Translations under genes and position numbers: made by a program | In this document: positions 49,791 through 63,204 of the stretch, piece by piece | How the letters are laid out: every line of letters starts with the position of its first letter | Numbering within the stretch: position 1 is the stretch's first letter | Assembly: GCA_003971905.1 (NCBI GenBank) | Contig: RSEE01000109.1 | Coordinates: 124,001-188,000, forward strand | Origin: Moniliella sp. 'wahieum' | Lineage: Eukaryota | Reading direction: 5' to 3' | Length of the DNA: 64,000 nucleotides | Notes under the pieces: model-generated | Database searches by the model: none | Told to the model about the DNA's origin: nothing | The model's input: the letters and a program-made list of their open reading frames with translations, nothing else

Positions 49791-52700
49791 ATGGACGCCG
49801 ACGACTTCCCCGCCGAATCCCTGGCCGGGGCCGACAGCTGGAAGCACCCTGATCTGGCCACCCTCCCCTCCGTCCGCCGCACCATCAACATTGACGGCCT
49901 TACCGAGCACGCCCCGGCCGCCAAAGTCGTCCGTGTCGTCCCGGCCGCGTCCAAGCCCTCGCAGGCGTCCTCAGCCGGCAGCACGGGATCTGCATTGGCG
50001 GACCACGTCTCCTCCCGTACACCTTCAGACGGTACGTTGAGCCCCCTGCGTCCGTGGTGCCGATCTTGACCAGGAACTGCAGCCCCCTCGCCGTTTGGAA
50101 TCGTCGGGGGCATCCAAGAGCGCACTGTTCGCTCCCACACCCGCCCCACGCGGATCGGCCCCCAAGTGCATTCAAGTCCGCGTCTTCTGCCAGCGCTTCT
50201 GCCAAGCCGAGTACGGCGGACGACCATGGTATGATACGGATGGAAAGCCGATCAGTGTCTTCCGCAAGCGTCGCTTGCTTCAACAGGGTTACACCCAGTC
50301 TCCTCACCTTGGTTCTGGCCCTGGCCCGGGGTCTAGTTCTAGCATGGGCTCCACCCCTCGCGCTGGCGGTTCCAAGTCCTCTCCCCTGGAGGGCGTGAGA
50401 GAAAGAAGCCCGCAGGTGTCAAAACAGAATGGAGCTCGGATGCTACCCGCGACCCACATGGTGGTGCGCCCCCCGAGGCGATTCTACAAGCTCTGCAGGA
50501 TAGCATGGAAGATGCACCCCGAACAAACCGCACCACAACGCCTCCCCCCTTGGGTTCAAAGGACGAATCTAGTGGCCGTGGTGCGACAAGGGCCGAAGAT
50601 GCACTGATGAAGAACATTTCTGACGAAAATGACCGTTTGGTGGCCACCATGTCCCCCGCTGACATTAAAAAATTTCTCGACAGCGTTCGTGGCGTGGTGG
50701 GATCTGACACATTAGCCAAGTTTGCCAGCCGGCATTCCCGCTCCGCCCCTCCGGCTACCAGCCCCTCGTCCATCGATGCCGGGAATAAGGACAAGGGTCG
50801 CAGCAAAGAAGTCGATGTGTCGCCAGTACCGCAAGTGGACTCGAAGCCCGTTCCAAGTCCAGACGCAGCAGAGGAACCCAAGCACCCGTCTCCACCCAAG
50901 TCTGTCCGGTTCAGCGAGGAAACGTCCACTGGGGAAACGGTCTTGGAGGGACACCATGCCGGTCACTCTTCTGCCGGACCCAACGAGCCTCAGTTTAACC
51001 GCCATGGCAGGGCGGTAAGTGCTGCGTTTGCCGCAGGCCAAGATGAGTCGACGGACGACAATGATGTGTACGCAGTGGACGATTTGCTGCTGCTGTGCCG
51101 TTCGGCATCTGCCTCACAACGGCGTCTGTTTCTGTCGCTTGCGGCACAGGTTCTGCGCTTGTACGGCGAGGTGGCCCCATCCCACGTAATCGAGGTCAAG
51201 GGCAGTGAGGATGCCCCACTGGCCGATGTATGGATACGCTGATCGGCAAGGAAGTTGCCATCCGTGCTGCTCTTGTTGCAGGATGGCAGGGGGTGACAAC
51301 GCAGTCTCGATCCGGACCGCCGCGCTCGACCTTTTGGCAACCGCTCTGAATGTGCTTCCTCACCATCTTGCCTCGCGGGCCCAGACCCCTCTGCCCCCGC
51401 CCCCGCGGCCGGCCTCACACTACTCCCTCCGAGGCTGCAGCAGCTCTGCACCATCTGGGCGTGGTGCACAAATTGAGTGCCAACGCTGCCTCTTCCCCGA
51501 ACGCGGATCAACTCTACTCGGTACTCACATTCTTAACCAGTTGGAGTGCCGCCGCTGCAACCGCCGTGGCCGCCTCGCCTGTGCCTACTTTTGCCTTGAC
51601 AGCGGCGGCGGACCTAAGTGGGGACCATGATCAGCTGGCACCGCTGGCTCTGCTGGATGCGTTGGTCGGCTTCTCGTCCACGACGGCGCAAACGTTATTG
51701 GAGGCCAAACCTCTGGGGCTGCAGGACGTTCTGCTCCGGATCTTGACCACCGTCGAAGCTACCAGCATCGTGTCAGATGCCAGCGACCAAGCGCGTGCCC
51801 TGACTGCGATCCGAATCCTGCACCGTCTGGCCTTGTACGGCTTGGCCACCGACTTGGCCCACCTCCTCTGGGACAGCTTGAGCGGCCTGCTTGTTCAGCT
51901 CACTGCCCATCCGGCGGCCGTCTCGTCGCTCTTGAGTGAAGCGCTTAGCTTGCTTACCACGTGGACCATCGCCTCTACCGACCCCCCATCTCACCGCCGG
52001 AGGACACGATGTGCACTTTTACACCGTGCGCGAGTGGCCCTCGTTCAGTTTGGACCTTGCCCGTGGCGCAGCGGAGCAGCCGACGCCGGATGCGGTTCTG
52101 GCTGCCGCCTGTAGCCATATCCGAGCCGCTATCCAGGGTGTGAAGACGCATCCAGATACGCCCCTGCCTACTGTCGCGTCCCCCCTGGCCTCGGATCATG
52201 CCATGTTACTACGGCTCCTTCCTTCCTTGTCTGCCCATGCGCTGGAGATGTTCCGATCCTTGGCGCAGACCCATGCGTTTGAGCAGGCGGCTGATGCCTT
52301 GCAGGCGCTCTCTTCGGTCCTGGCCCTGGCTGCTGAAATCGAGTCGTTGCCCACTTCGGTAGTGACGGAAGCACAGCAGGTTGCACGTCACCTGCTCGAC
52401 GCCAAGGAGGGATGGGATGCTACGGCCTCGGCTCCAGCCTGGACGTTTTCTGCCTCGACCGCCGCCACGTCGCCGCGACTAGCGGTGGCACGGTACGTTT
52501 CCGTGCTGTCCTCGGTTGCTACCAAGGGTTCGGCGCTTCGCGTGCAGCGGCAGATGGTACTCACGTTGATGGCTCGCTTGCTTCCCTCTCGAGGCGAGGA
52601 AGCAGTGGCACAGTACCTGGCTTGTTCCTTGTTGGACGGTGCACCGATGCTGGCCCCCTTTTATCGCTCCCACTTGCGCGCGCTTCCCTCCCGACCGAAC

Positions 52701-53905
52701 TGGCTGCCAAGCAAGCCGACGCACCTGCCTTGGCAGGACCCGGCAGTAGCACAACCGTACGTGGAGTAGTGGAACCGCACGACCTACGTGCCTACCAAAC
52801 TCGTACCTACTCTATCTTCTACGACCGACCGCGCGACCCCACCAGCTCCGCTTTGCCCCCCGAGCTTCGACCTGACCCGACCGAGCAGGTGGCGATCGAA
52901 GACCAAGATGTGGATCCGGCCACGGGAAGCCCCTTTTGGCATTCGCCCACCAGCGGCTTGCCCGTCCGTCCCGACTGGCCGTTGGCGCCTTTGGACGAAC
53001 TGTTGCACTCGGCCAACTCGGCCGTGTTCAACCGCCCAGGCTCGCTTCCGACCGACTGGGACTTTACCGAAAAACAAATCGTGTTTGCCACGCTGGCCTT
53101 GGCGTCGGAGCTGTTTGGGGCGGCGGGGCAGTGCCAGCACCGGGGCAGGACGGGGTTCCGAGCTCGGCTGCCTTGTGGCTGGGCCTGATCAAGGTGTACC
53201 TTCTGGAATCGCATGCGTCGGCGCCGATTGGCGATCGGGCCACGGACTGGTGACGGGCCGGGACTTGTTTGCGGACGCGGGCATTGCCAGTCGGATGCGC
53301 ACGCTTGCCAGCGCGCCGTGCTATCTGAGCAACAGGGTGGCGAACAGAACGATCGAACAGTGGCGCAGGAGTACCGTCATGTCTCCTTTTTCCAAATGTA
53401 TACCGACTTGTTGGGCGTATGGGATGCGCAGTCGCTCGGCGACGCTGTGTTTGCGCTGACGGTGCTGCAGCCGTGCAAGATGGCGTATGCTTCGGACTAC
53501 CGCCTGCTCTTGTGGCGCGACTATGGCCATTTGTTCGCTACGGTGCGCACGACGCCATCGGAGGTTCACTTTGCCTCGTTTGTCACGCCGTACGAGCAAG
53601 ATGCGGCGGTGCTGACGCAGTATGCTGCGGCGCTGTTGCGCGGCCAAGTCACCCCGTCCTCCCCTTTGCTCTGGGCAATTGCCACGACCCACTTGGCCGC
53701 GTACCTGTTCGCTCCCGAGTCTGGCTCCGCCGCATCGGCCTACTGCACCCAGTTGACCAAGATGCTCTTTGGCCCGGCGGGCCCGCTCCACGTAGCCCAG
53801 GCCCAACACGCTGCTTCATTGGTCCGATGCGTCCGATGCGTCCGACGCAAGCCAGTCTACCGTCCAAGCGCGCCGGCAGCTCGTGTCGTCGACCCTCTCG
53901 CCTAG
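49791..53905 (+). CDS. RBA50: RNA polymerase II-associated protein RPAP1/Rba50; frameshifted, stop position approximate
   Basis: RPAP1_N-like ISDENDRLVATMSPADIKK; RPAP1_C-like YAVDDLLLLCRSASASQR; C-terminal DWPLAPLDELLHS...DWDFTE and FFQMYTDLLGVWDAQSLGD...DYRLLLWRD. Confidence 0.8.
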
Positions 53906-54105
53906 GTAGCTACCCGGCCGGGAGAACATGGGGCCCGATGGAAATGATCCATGCTATTGCTATATTGCTATCGCGATTGCGATTGCGAGAGCTATTGCTG
54001 TTGCTAGAATGTGGTACGACGACGTTTCAACAAGAGAAAGCAAACGGTAGTACTTAACATGAAGGGCATAAACAGAAACAGCAGAAAAGGGTGGGAATGG
54101 AAAAG

Positions 54106-55996
54106 TTAGGCAAGTTGGATCCAGGCTTCACGGCGACAGGCCGGACAGGTACCCCAATGACCTGTTGGTAGTTCCTCCTCCTCTGCTTCCTCTGCCTCCT
54201 CTGCCTGTGCCGCCTGTGCCTCATCTGGAACCTCTTTGCCCGATGCGGACAGGGGGACGGAACGCAGCGCGCGCTGGGCCCGGCGCTCAGTATCGCGGTC
54301 CAGCGCGGCGGCCGCCATGGGATCTTCGACGCGAAGCGCAGTTCGGAGACAGTCGCTATGAATCTCGTGTCGACAAGGCGACAGGGTGAGCAGCGTGTCC
54401 ATCTCCATCTCTGTCCCTTCGTCCTCCTCCTTGTCCAGGTGGACAGGCGCGGCGGGCGGCGGGGCGTGGTCCGCGTCCGCGTCCGCGTCGGGGCTGGCGT
54501 CGGGGTGGGATACAGGCGCAGGCGCAGGCGCAGGCGAAGCCTCGGTCATAGAGGGGACGTGGTAGCGTGGCAGACAGGCCGGTGCGTCGCACCGCAACCC
54601 ACGTGCACGTTCCCGTCGATGCACCTCGGCACGAAGCGAGTTGCGGATGCCCATGCCTTCGTCCGCAATCGGTTCCTCTGTCACCTCCGTCTCGTCTGGG
54701 GCGAGCGAAGCGTGGGGCGCGTGGGACGGGTGGGACGAGTGGGACGCTTGGGACGCTTGGGCACTTGAGTCCCCCTGGGTCCGAAGGCGCGAGCAGCGCC
54801 GCCGGTGGCTCGAGCGGGTCGCGACAAAAGGGACACGTCCACTTGCTCGGCTGCAGGGCCTGGAGCCAATCGCGCAAGCAGTGGCGGTGCAGTGTATGGA
54901 ACCCACGACAACCAACCGCGACGACGTGTTGTCCCTCAGCCTCGGATCCCAACCACGCCGGCCGATCTTCCTCCGCCGCATAGGGCTCGAGGCAGATAGC
55001 ACACCCGAGCAGACTATTTGACCCGCCCTCGTCGCCGTCGCCCATGTCACCGGCTCCAATGTCGCCCATACCAAGGTGCGCCATCCGCCCACGCAGCTCC
55101 TCGTCCGCACGCTCCAGGTGGGCAATGTAGGACGAGGCAAGGGTGCGCAGCTGCGCCGGGGACAGGTCCTTGGGACGACTGCGCCGCGAAGCGTTGGGCG
55201 GCGGCGGAGCGCGCGCACCCCGGCGCCACAGACTCGCTGGGTTCAGTCGTGGTGGCAACAGCATCCGCACGGGCGGACCAGTGATGTAGGTATACGGAGA
55301 CGGGTCCGCCTCTTCCCCCTCCTCCTCCTCCTCCTCCTCCTCCTCTTGCTCGGCAGGATCGGAGGGGGGGTGAGATGGGGAGGGCGGACGGACAAAGTCC
55401 GGGTCGGTGGGGTCGGGCACCAGGTCGTCGAGCGCAACGTCGGGTGCGGAGCTGGCTCGGGCGCAGGCGGGGCGTAGACGGGGAAGCCGCCCTGGAACGC
55501 GCCGGGCATGCCGCCGCAGCCGGCGGGGGCGGGCGGGGGGAAGGCACGCAGGGCGGTGCGGCGGGAAGGGGTGGTGGGGTGGCCGTCGGCGGTGAGGGCG
55601 GGGGGGTTGGGGGCGTAGAGGATGGGCCAGGAGGTGCAGGTGGCCCAGTCGTAGAGGAAGCGGTGGGTCGGTGTTCGGGCGGGGCGGCGGGGGTGGGGCG
55701 GAGTGTCGTCGATGATGATGGCCTGGACGGGGTGTAGGGGTGGGGGTGTTCCTGCTGCTGGCGCTCGGCAGCGAGCAAGGCGTCGATGCGGGCCATCTCG
55801 CGGCGGCAGTAGGAGAGGGTGGGGGGCGCGTCGAAGGCGGTGGTGCGGTTGGGCGCGGCGGGGTGGCGCCCCAGGCGGGGAGCGGATGGAGGTCGAAGCG
55901 CAGGCCGGTCGTCTGGCCCTGCGGGCCGGGCGGGAGGAGGGGGATGGTCATGTACAGCCGCCGGTTGGCGGGCGGGGCAGGTGGCGGGGCAGCCAT
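54106..55996 (-). CDS. RING-H2 finger protein (putative E3 ligase) with a second split RING-like domain; frameshifted
   Basis: CAIC...CRGFHTLHRHCLRDWL...CPFCR and CDAPAC...PCRHEIHSDCL...CPACR. Confidence 0.8.
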
Positions 55997-56017
55997 TGGG
56001 GGTGGGGGGGGAGGGAG

Positions 56018-56090
56018 GAGAGGATGGGGGGGAGGGAGATGAGGATGGGGGGGAGGGAGATGAGGATGGCGGGGGGGAGATGAGGATGGC
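56018..56090. repeat. Imperfect ~21-bp tandem repeat upstream of the RING gene
   Basis: gaggatgggggggagggagat x3 with decay. Confidence 0.8.
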
Positions 56091-56808
56091 GGGGAGGAGG
56101 AAAAGAAGAGAACAGGAGACGAGGCAGATGCAAGCCAGATGGCGTCGTTCGGTGTGCCTCGGCCCAGCGGTGGGTCATGTGACTGGCTCCGTTTGGATGC
56201 GAAGCCACGTGGATGGGGGTTGCGAAAGTTTCAACTGCGCCGTTCGGCCGAGGGATGGCTGCGCGGGGGATTTGAAACTGGCTTAATCATTTCCGATCGC
56301 CGCTCTCCAGCGCCCCCCCGCAGGCCAGCGCACGGCAACCCTACTGCGAAGCGCCTCCGCATGGCAGCACAGCGCCAGTGTGGACGCCGCACGCCCCGCC
56401 CCCCGCTGACGTGAAAAAAAGACGCGCTTCCGCCGGCGCTGCCCGATGCCCGCACCAAGACACAGCACCCCCGCCCCAGAGACCCCCCGCCGCCCACGCC
56501 CCAACGCCCCCCGCACCAGAACGCAGCCCGCTGCACTGCGCCTCCCTGCTGCTGCCCCGTGCCTGCGCAGATACGCCGCTGCCACCGCGCCAGCGCACCC
56601 ACAGCCTCCCCCCCCCCGCCAGGACCAGTGTCCCGCCTGCTTTCTACGCTCTCGCCTCCACCCCCCAAAAGGTTCCCAGCACCGCAGCAGTGTCCGCCGC
56701 TGCCCCCCTGCTCCCGGAACATTCCTGCCCGAACCTTCCCGCCTTATAACCCTCCCGCGCCCCCCCATCGCCCAGCCGCCTTCCACCACCACCTCCTCTT
56801 CCTTCACC

Positions 56809-57746
56809 ATGGGTGCCGTTGTCGACCCTGCGCAGAAGCCCAAGACGGCCTCGTCCTTCTTCACCGACTTCATGATGGGTGGCATCTCCGCCGCTGTCTC
56901 CAAGACGGCGGCTGCCCCCATTGAGCGTGTCAAGCTCCTCATCCAGAACCAGGATGAGATGATCAAGCAGGGCCGTCTCGACCGCCCCTACAGCGGTCTC
57001 GGCGACACGTTTACCCGCACCTACAAGTCCGAGGGCCTTGTCTCCTTCTGGCGCGGCAACACGGCCAACGTCATCCGCTACTTCCCACCCAGGCGCTGAA
57101 CTTTGCCTTCAAGGACTACTTCAAGGCGCTCTTCAAGGTGCCCAAGGACGCGCCCTACGTCAAGAAGCTCAGCGCCAACATTGCCTCGGGTGGTGCCGCT
57201 GGTGCCTCGTCGCTTCTGTTTGTCTACTCGCTCGACTATGCCCGTACCCGTCTTGCCAACGACGCCAAGTCGGCCGGCAAGGGTGGTGAGCGCCAGTTCA
57301 ACGGTCTCATTGACGTGTACCGCAAGACGATTGCCTCGGACGGTATCGCTGGTCTCTACCGTGGCTTTATCCCCTCGGTCGTTGGTATTGTGGTCTACCG
57401 TGGTCTCTACTTTGGTGTGTACGACTCGGTCAAGCCGGTGATCATCACGGGTCCTCTCGAGGGCTCCTTCCTCGCTTCCTTCCTCCTCGGCTGGGTCGTC
57501 ACCACCGGTGCCGGCATTGCTTCCTACCCGCTCGACACGATCCGTCGTCGCATGATGATGACCTCGGGCGGCAAGACGCACTACAACGGCATGTTCGATG
57601 CTGGTCGCCAGATTGTCGCCAAGGAGGGCGTCAAGTCGCTCTTCAAGGGTGCCGGCGCCAACATTCTGCGTGGTGTGGCCGGCGCTGGTGTGCTGTCGGG
57701 CTACGACAAGCTGCAGGAGGTGCTGTTTGGCAAGGTCTACAAGTAA
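56809..57746 (+). CDS. AAC: Mitochondrial ADP/ATP carrier; one apparent 1-bp indel near 57085
   Basis: [59 protein letters not shown]; signature RRRMMM; intronless. Confidence 0.97.
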
Positions 57747-58623
57747 ATCTTGTCTTTGTCTTTTTGGTCGTCTTGGCCACCTTGGATTCCCATGCCCCAG
57801 ACCCGAAAATGCACTGGCCCCTTTGGGGGGCATCCACTGCCAGCCCTGCTCTGTGTGGTTTTGTAGACGTTAGGCAGGGACTAGGATGATTGGTGTGTCT
57901 GTCCGAGACGTTTGGACGCGCTTGAATGTGAACAAGGGCGGCGGGCAAGGATCGCAGCTGGATGACGAGTCGACCCGTCGATGAGGAGGGACTGAGGTGG
58001 GTGGGAGGATTCGATCTACAGGGCACTAGGGTTGGCACCAACAGGTGCCTGATTACCAAGCGGGCGCTGGGGCGCGCGAGGATGCTGCTGGCGAGTGTGA
58101 TGAAGAGGTGACGTGCATCGGCGGGGCACGTGATATGTGACGACAGCCGGTCTGTGTGCCGATTGCAAGTCGGTGTACATCACGTGATGCACCGCGCACT
58201 CCCATCTCCCTCCGGTTGCGCTCTCGTGCGACAGCTAGACAGTAGGCTCTCTTGCAGAACTCACCAAATGATTTCTTTGCCCCATGAAGGATTGTTTTTC
58301 CCTGAGTAGCATGGCCATGGCTGTAGCGAGCTGCTTCTGCTTCTGTCCAAGGGGCGTGTATAGAGCAGCGGACGAACGGGGCAGTCGACATGTGTCACAA
58401 TGATGGGCGTCTCTTGGTACGTATCGAGTAGTCATCCTGGGCAGGAACCCAGCCTCTCTGAACAAGGCCGTATTAGCTTGCTGTTGGAGACACGGGCGTA
58501 AGCTTATGTAACCACCGCCAACACTCGATGGACACCTTGGCATTTAGCGCTGGGCTACTTTAACCCGAGGGTTCCGCCTCGCCGCACGCAGCCTTCAGAT
58601 ATTTATCCCCCCTGCCCACCCCC

Positions 58624-61600
58624 ATGTCCGGCATGGTGCGCGCGGGCATCGCCACGCGCCCCACGCTCCACGCACTGCCCTCGTGCGGCGCCCGCCTTCC
58701 TCCCCCCCCTTCTGTGCGCACACAGGACAAGCACACGCACGAGGATGCCCGCGGCTCTACCGCACACGTGCGATGCTCTCCGCCAGACAGCGCGGCCTGT
58801 CTTCCGACTGGCCTCTTCGCAGTGCGCGCAGAGCGTTTCACCTTTCCCCCACCCTCTCCACGCCCCCTCGCATCCACTCCCCCCGAACCTGCCCGAACAC
58901 CAACATGAGCAGGACGAGACACGGGGATCGTCTTTGGCCAGCAGCGTAGCTCCACCTGGTGGGACGGTTGCTGCGCCGCCAGGGGACGGTCTCCCCCTGC
59001 CAAATGGGGACGCTGCACCCTCGAAACCAGCGCGACGACGTGGTTGGCCACGCAAATCCAAGGTCCCTGAACCAGCTCCGGAACTGAAATCGGGTGCGGT
59101 GGTGTCCCCTGATCCCGAGCCCGGGGCCGCCATGAACACAGCCGCGGCACGCCGAGCCCGTTTGGATGTGGAGGGCATGTCGGCTCAACGGGCGAGTGTC
59201 AAGATGGAGGCGCAGCCCGCAGTGGAAGAGGACGAGGAGGATATGCTAGTAATTCGGATCCCCAAGCCCAAGGCCAAGCGCAAGACCAAGACGTCCACAC
59301 GCGACCAGCACCAAGAAGTTGTGGTACTGGAAGATCTGCCAACGATCGCACAGGGGTCTCTGGGCCCCCTGCCCCCGCTCTACCCCAACGGCCGGCCTCT
59401 GTCGCCTGAACAGGCCGAGACGCGTGCATGGGCCGCATCGTTGCTGCCCAAAGAATTGTGGGCGCTGGAGAACGCGCCCAGGACGGATGGTCGCCTCTGG
59501 TGCAGGAATTTTTGACCAATATGGTGGCTCATCCAGGTTGCCTCCTCTTGACCCGCGTGGGCAGTTTCTATGAGGCGTACATGACGCAAGCGCAGGAACT
59601 CTCGCGCTTGACGGGTCTTCGGTGCACCACCATGACGTGGCGCGGGCGTAAGGTGGAAATGGCCGGGTTCCCCTGCATGCAGCTCCCGAAATTCGTAGAC
59701 ATCCTCGTTCGCTCCCACGGCCGCATCGTTGCTCTGTGCGACGAGTTTGTCATCTCCCCTACCTCGGGCTCCAGGCAAGAAGCAGGCAAGGCAGGCGCAA
59801 AGGCCAACAAAAAGATGGGCTTGACCGGCCTGGCTCAGGTGCGCAAACCTCTTGCGTCGGTGAGGGAGTCGAGCCGACTCAAGGCCGACGACAGTTTGCT
59901 GCGTAGGGTGACCGAGATCATCAGTCCCGGCACCTTGGTGGATGACTCGTTGGTGGATCCCTATGTCAATAACTTTCTTCTGGCCATCTCAGCTACTTCT
60001 TCTCCCTCGTCCACCGCAGCGGGAGACACGAGTTGCACGTATGGACTCGCCTGGCTGGACCTCGGCACGTCAACTTTCTCCTCAACCGTATGCCCCGACG
60101 CCGAGACACTCCGGGACGAAGTGGCCCGGATCTCACCTCGGGAGATCGTTTTGCCCGACGGTGTATTTGGCACGCCGGTACGCCCCCCTCCGCCTTCCCC
60201 TGGCCCCCTGGACGCAAATGGGTGGCCTACGTTCCCTCGCCCCGAGCAAGGCGCATATGGGCAAGAGCTACCATACCAACGGTTCGATCATCCCATCTGG
60301 GAAGTGGTTGGGGACAGTAGGATCACGTTTATCTCTTCTGCTGTTGCGCAGGACGCGGCAGTGCACTTGGACGCCAGCGGCCTCTCGGCGGAGGAGGCGG
60401 ATGCGATTGGGCGGTTGAAAAGTTTTTTGAGCCACCGCTTCCTCTACCGTCCCGATGGCATGGGACGCATCTACCGCCCGGACCAGCCTCGGTCTGAGAA
60501 ACAGCAAGACGTGTTTTCCTACTTGGCCATCCCATCCGCGCAGCGCCAACATAGTGATATGCGCATCGATGCCCATACGCTCGCTGCGCTCGAAGTGCGC
60601 CGGGTGGCGCGCGGGCCGCAGGAACATGCCAAGTCCCACATCGAGCGCGACCGAAGCTTCTGCGCTGCGTCCCCGTCCTGCCCCACTGCAATCGAGCGTG
60701 ATCTTGCCTGCTGGCTCGGGCAACGTCGGAAGCGTCGGCAGCTTGCTCCATGCCGTTCGCCGTACCATTACGCGCGGGGGGCTCGGTTGCTGGAGCGCTG
60801 GCTCCTCGCACCGTCTACCAACGTGGAAGAAATTCAGCACCGGCACGAGACGGTGGCCTTTTTCTTGCGCCATGCGTTTCTCAGTGCCGACCTGCGCTTG
60901 CTCTTCAAGGCCAGCACCGACCGTTCGGATTGGACCGACGGAACGCGGTCCAAGCCCCCCTGGCCCGATCCTGCGGACCTCGACCCGGAAGAGGTGGCAC
61001 TGGACCGCGTCGATGGTGGCGCCGATCCTATCCGGGCCATGATCAAGTCCCGCATGGCCAACTCGACTCCCGAAACGTTGAGCCACGTCCTTCTGTTTCT
61101 TCAGTTGGTTGAGGATGTCCGGTTGGCAATCGTGCAGGCCTTCCCTCAGGTCAAGGACCTGTTGGAGGATACGACTTACTACCCGATCCACCCGGGCCAG
61201 TCCACCGACGTTGATTTGGCCCTGAGCCTAGTGCGCGCATTGGACCCCTTGCCCCACATTTCCTCATTGCTGGAAGACGCGCTGGTTTCCAAGTCCCAGT
61301 CCCAGGACCCTGATGACGCTACCGACACGGCGGGGACCTCGCCCCTAGAGACAGAAGAGAATGGCTCGGGCTTAGAGGAGGAGACGGGCGATGCAAAAGA
61401 CAAACTGGTTCCAGGAGCTGGGATCCCACCCATTGTGCTTCAGCTACGACCCGAGTAGGTTTTTACCCGTCTATTTCTCCTGCTGTCGGGCGTCGTGACT
61501 GTGACTGACTTTTTGACCGACCCTTCTGTTGCTGCGGCTGTGAACTGCAGGACCTTCCCGCACCTTGCTACCCTCGCCAAGGAGTACAACCAACTGCGAG

Positions 61601-62951
61601 CCAAGGCCATCCAAATGGAAGCTGCGTTGCGCCGGCGCCTGCCCGAGTCGGACCGACGACGCTTGGCGCTTCGTTCGGTCCCTGGTCGCGGTCCGGTCGT
61701 ATGGTTGGACCGCTTGAGCCCAGCGACAGCCGCTGCGCTCGGTGCGGGCCAAACGACAGATTTGCATCCAGGTTCGGACGCCGACGTGACCTGGTCATCT
61801 GAGCCCGTGCACTTTTCCTCGCGGAACGTGAGCGGGCTACGTTCCGGTTCGGGCACGTTTATGCCCTGGACCAACTTGGCCGCCGATCTGGCCGCGGTAC
61901 GGGATACGATTCGGTCGGTCGAAGAGGACACCCTGGCTACGTTGGCCGAGCAAGTGTGGGAGGAGATGCCCGTATTGCGTGCCAACACTGAAGTGATGGA
62001 CCGCTTGGATGTGCTGCTGTGTCCTTTGCTGCCTTGGCGTCTGAACGTGCCCTGGTGCGGCCCGAGGTATATGCGCCGACAGCCCACGAGACAGGCGAGG
62101 CGGACGAGAGAGCGGTACCGGAGCTGGATGTGCGCGGGGTGCGTCACTTGGTGGTGGAAACGGCGCTGGAAGCCAATGGCCGCAACTTTACGCCGAACGA
62201 CGTTGTGCTCACTGGGCCTGTTCGGGCCGGGGTGATTACCGGGCCCAACATGGGCGGCAAATCGACGGTGCTGCGAGCCGTGGCCCATGCGGTCGTGTTG
62301 GCCCAGGCGGGCTCGTATGTGCCTGCGTCGTATGCGCGGGTGGGGGTGGTGGATGGGCTGTATGCGCGGGTGGGCGCGCGCGACGCACTCTGGAACGATC
62401 AGTCGACCTTCATGCTCGAAATGCTCGAGACGGCCCACTTTCTCACCCACGCCTCCCGCCACAGCTTGGTCATCGCCGATGAGATTGGACGCGGCACCGC
62501 CGCCGAGACGGGCGTGGCGATCGCGCATGCCACCTTGGTCCATTTGACCCACTCCATCGGTGCACGCACCCTGTTCGCCACCCACTTCCATCCGATCGTG
62601 GCCCTGTTGGGGTACCCAGAACTGTTGACCTCCACTCCCACTCCCACTTCCACCTCTTCTTCTTCTTCTTCTTCTGCTGCTCCCGAGCGCAGCACGCCTT
62701 CTACCTTCCCCGCTGTCGCGCCCGCCTGGTTGGCCGCCAACGCTTCCGCTCAAGCACCCGACCCAACAGTCACCTTCTGGCACACCGATGCCCACGCGAC
62801 ACCGACCGGCGTGCTGTTTGACCACCGGCTCCGCCCGGGCGTCAACACCGATTCGTACGGTCTCGTGGTGGCTCGCTTGGCTGGCGTACCCAGACGGGTG
62901 GTGCAGCAGGCAGAGCAGACGCTCAAGGCACTCATGCAGCCTATCTCGTGA
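58624..62951 (+). CDS. MSH1: Mitochondrial MutS homolog; frameshifted
   Basis: Arg-rich presequence-like start; LLTRVGSFYEAY; MAGFP; ISPGTLVDD; intron 61455-61550; Walker A ITGPNMGGKST; STFMLEMLET; IADEIGRGT; LFATHFH. Confidence 0.9.
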
Positions 62952-63204
62952 TATGACTCGTGAGACTGCTTCCTTCCTTCGCCCCCGCGCGCCTTCATCC
63001 AAGTTGTCTTTTCTGTAACTCCAACGAAATCTCCTCTGCTTCCCCTCCTGCATTCCCATTGTGTTCCTTCTGCTTGGCTCTCTCTCATCCCTCTCCCCCT
63101 CCCTAAAAAGCATACCCCTCTATCCAACTACCTGCAGTTGCTGTCCAATCGGACGCCAACGACTAGCTGGAGGAAGAGAACGGCGGGATGCGGGCCAGGC
63201 GATC

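Noticed and set aside
42027..57746. Calling PDC, ACO1, AAC and the other frameshifted genes pseudogenes or programmed-frameshift genes
   Set aside because: The indels affect nearly all genes, including essential ones, with motifs fully conserved. Assembly error is far more parsimonious.
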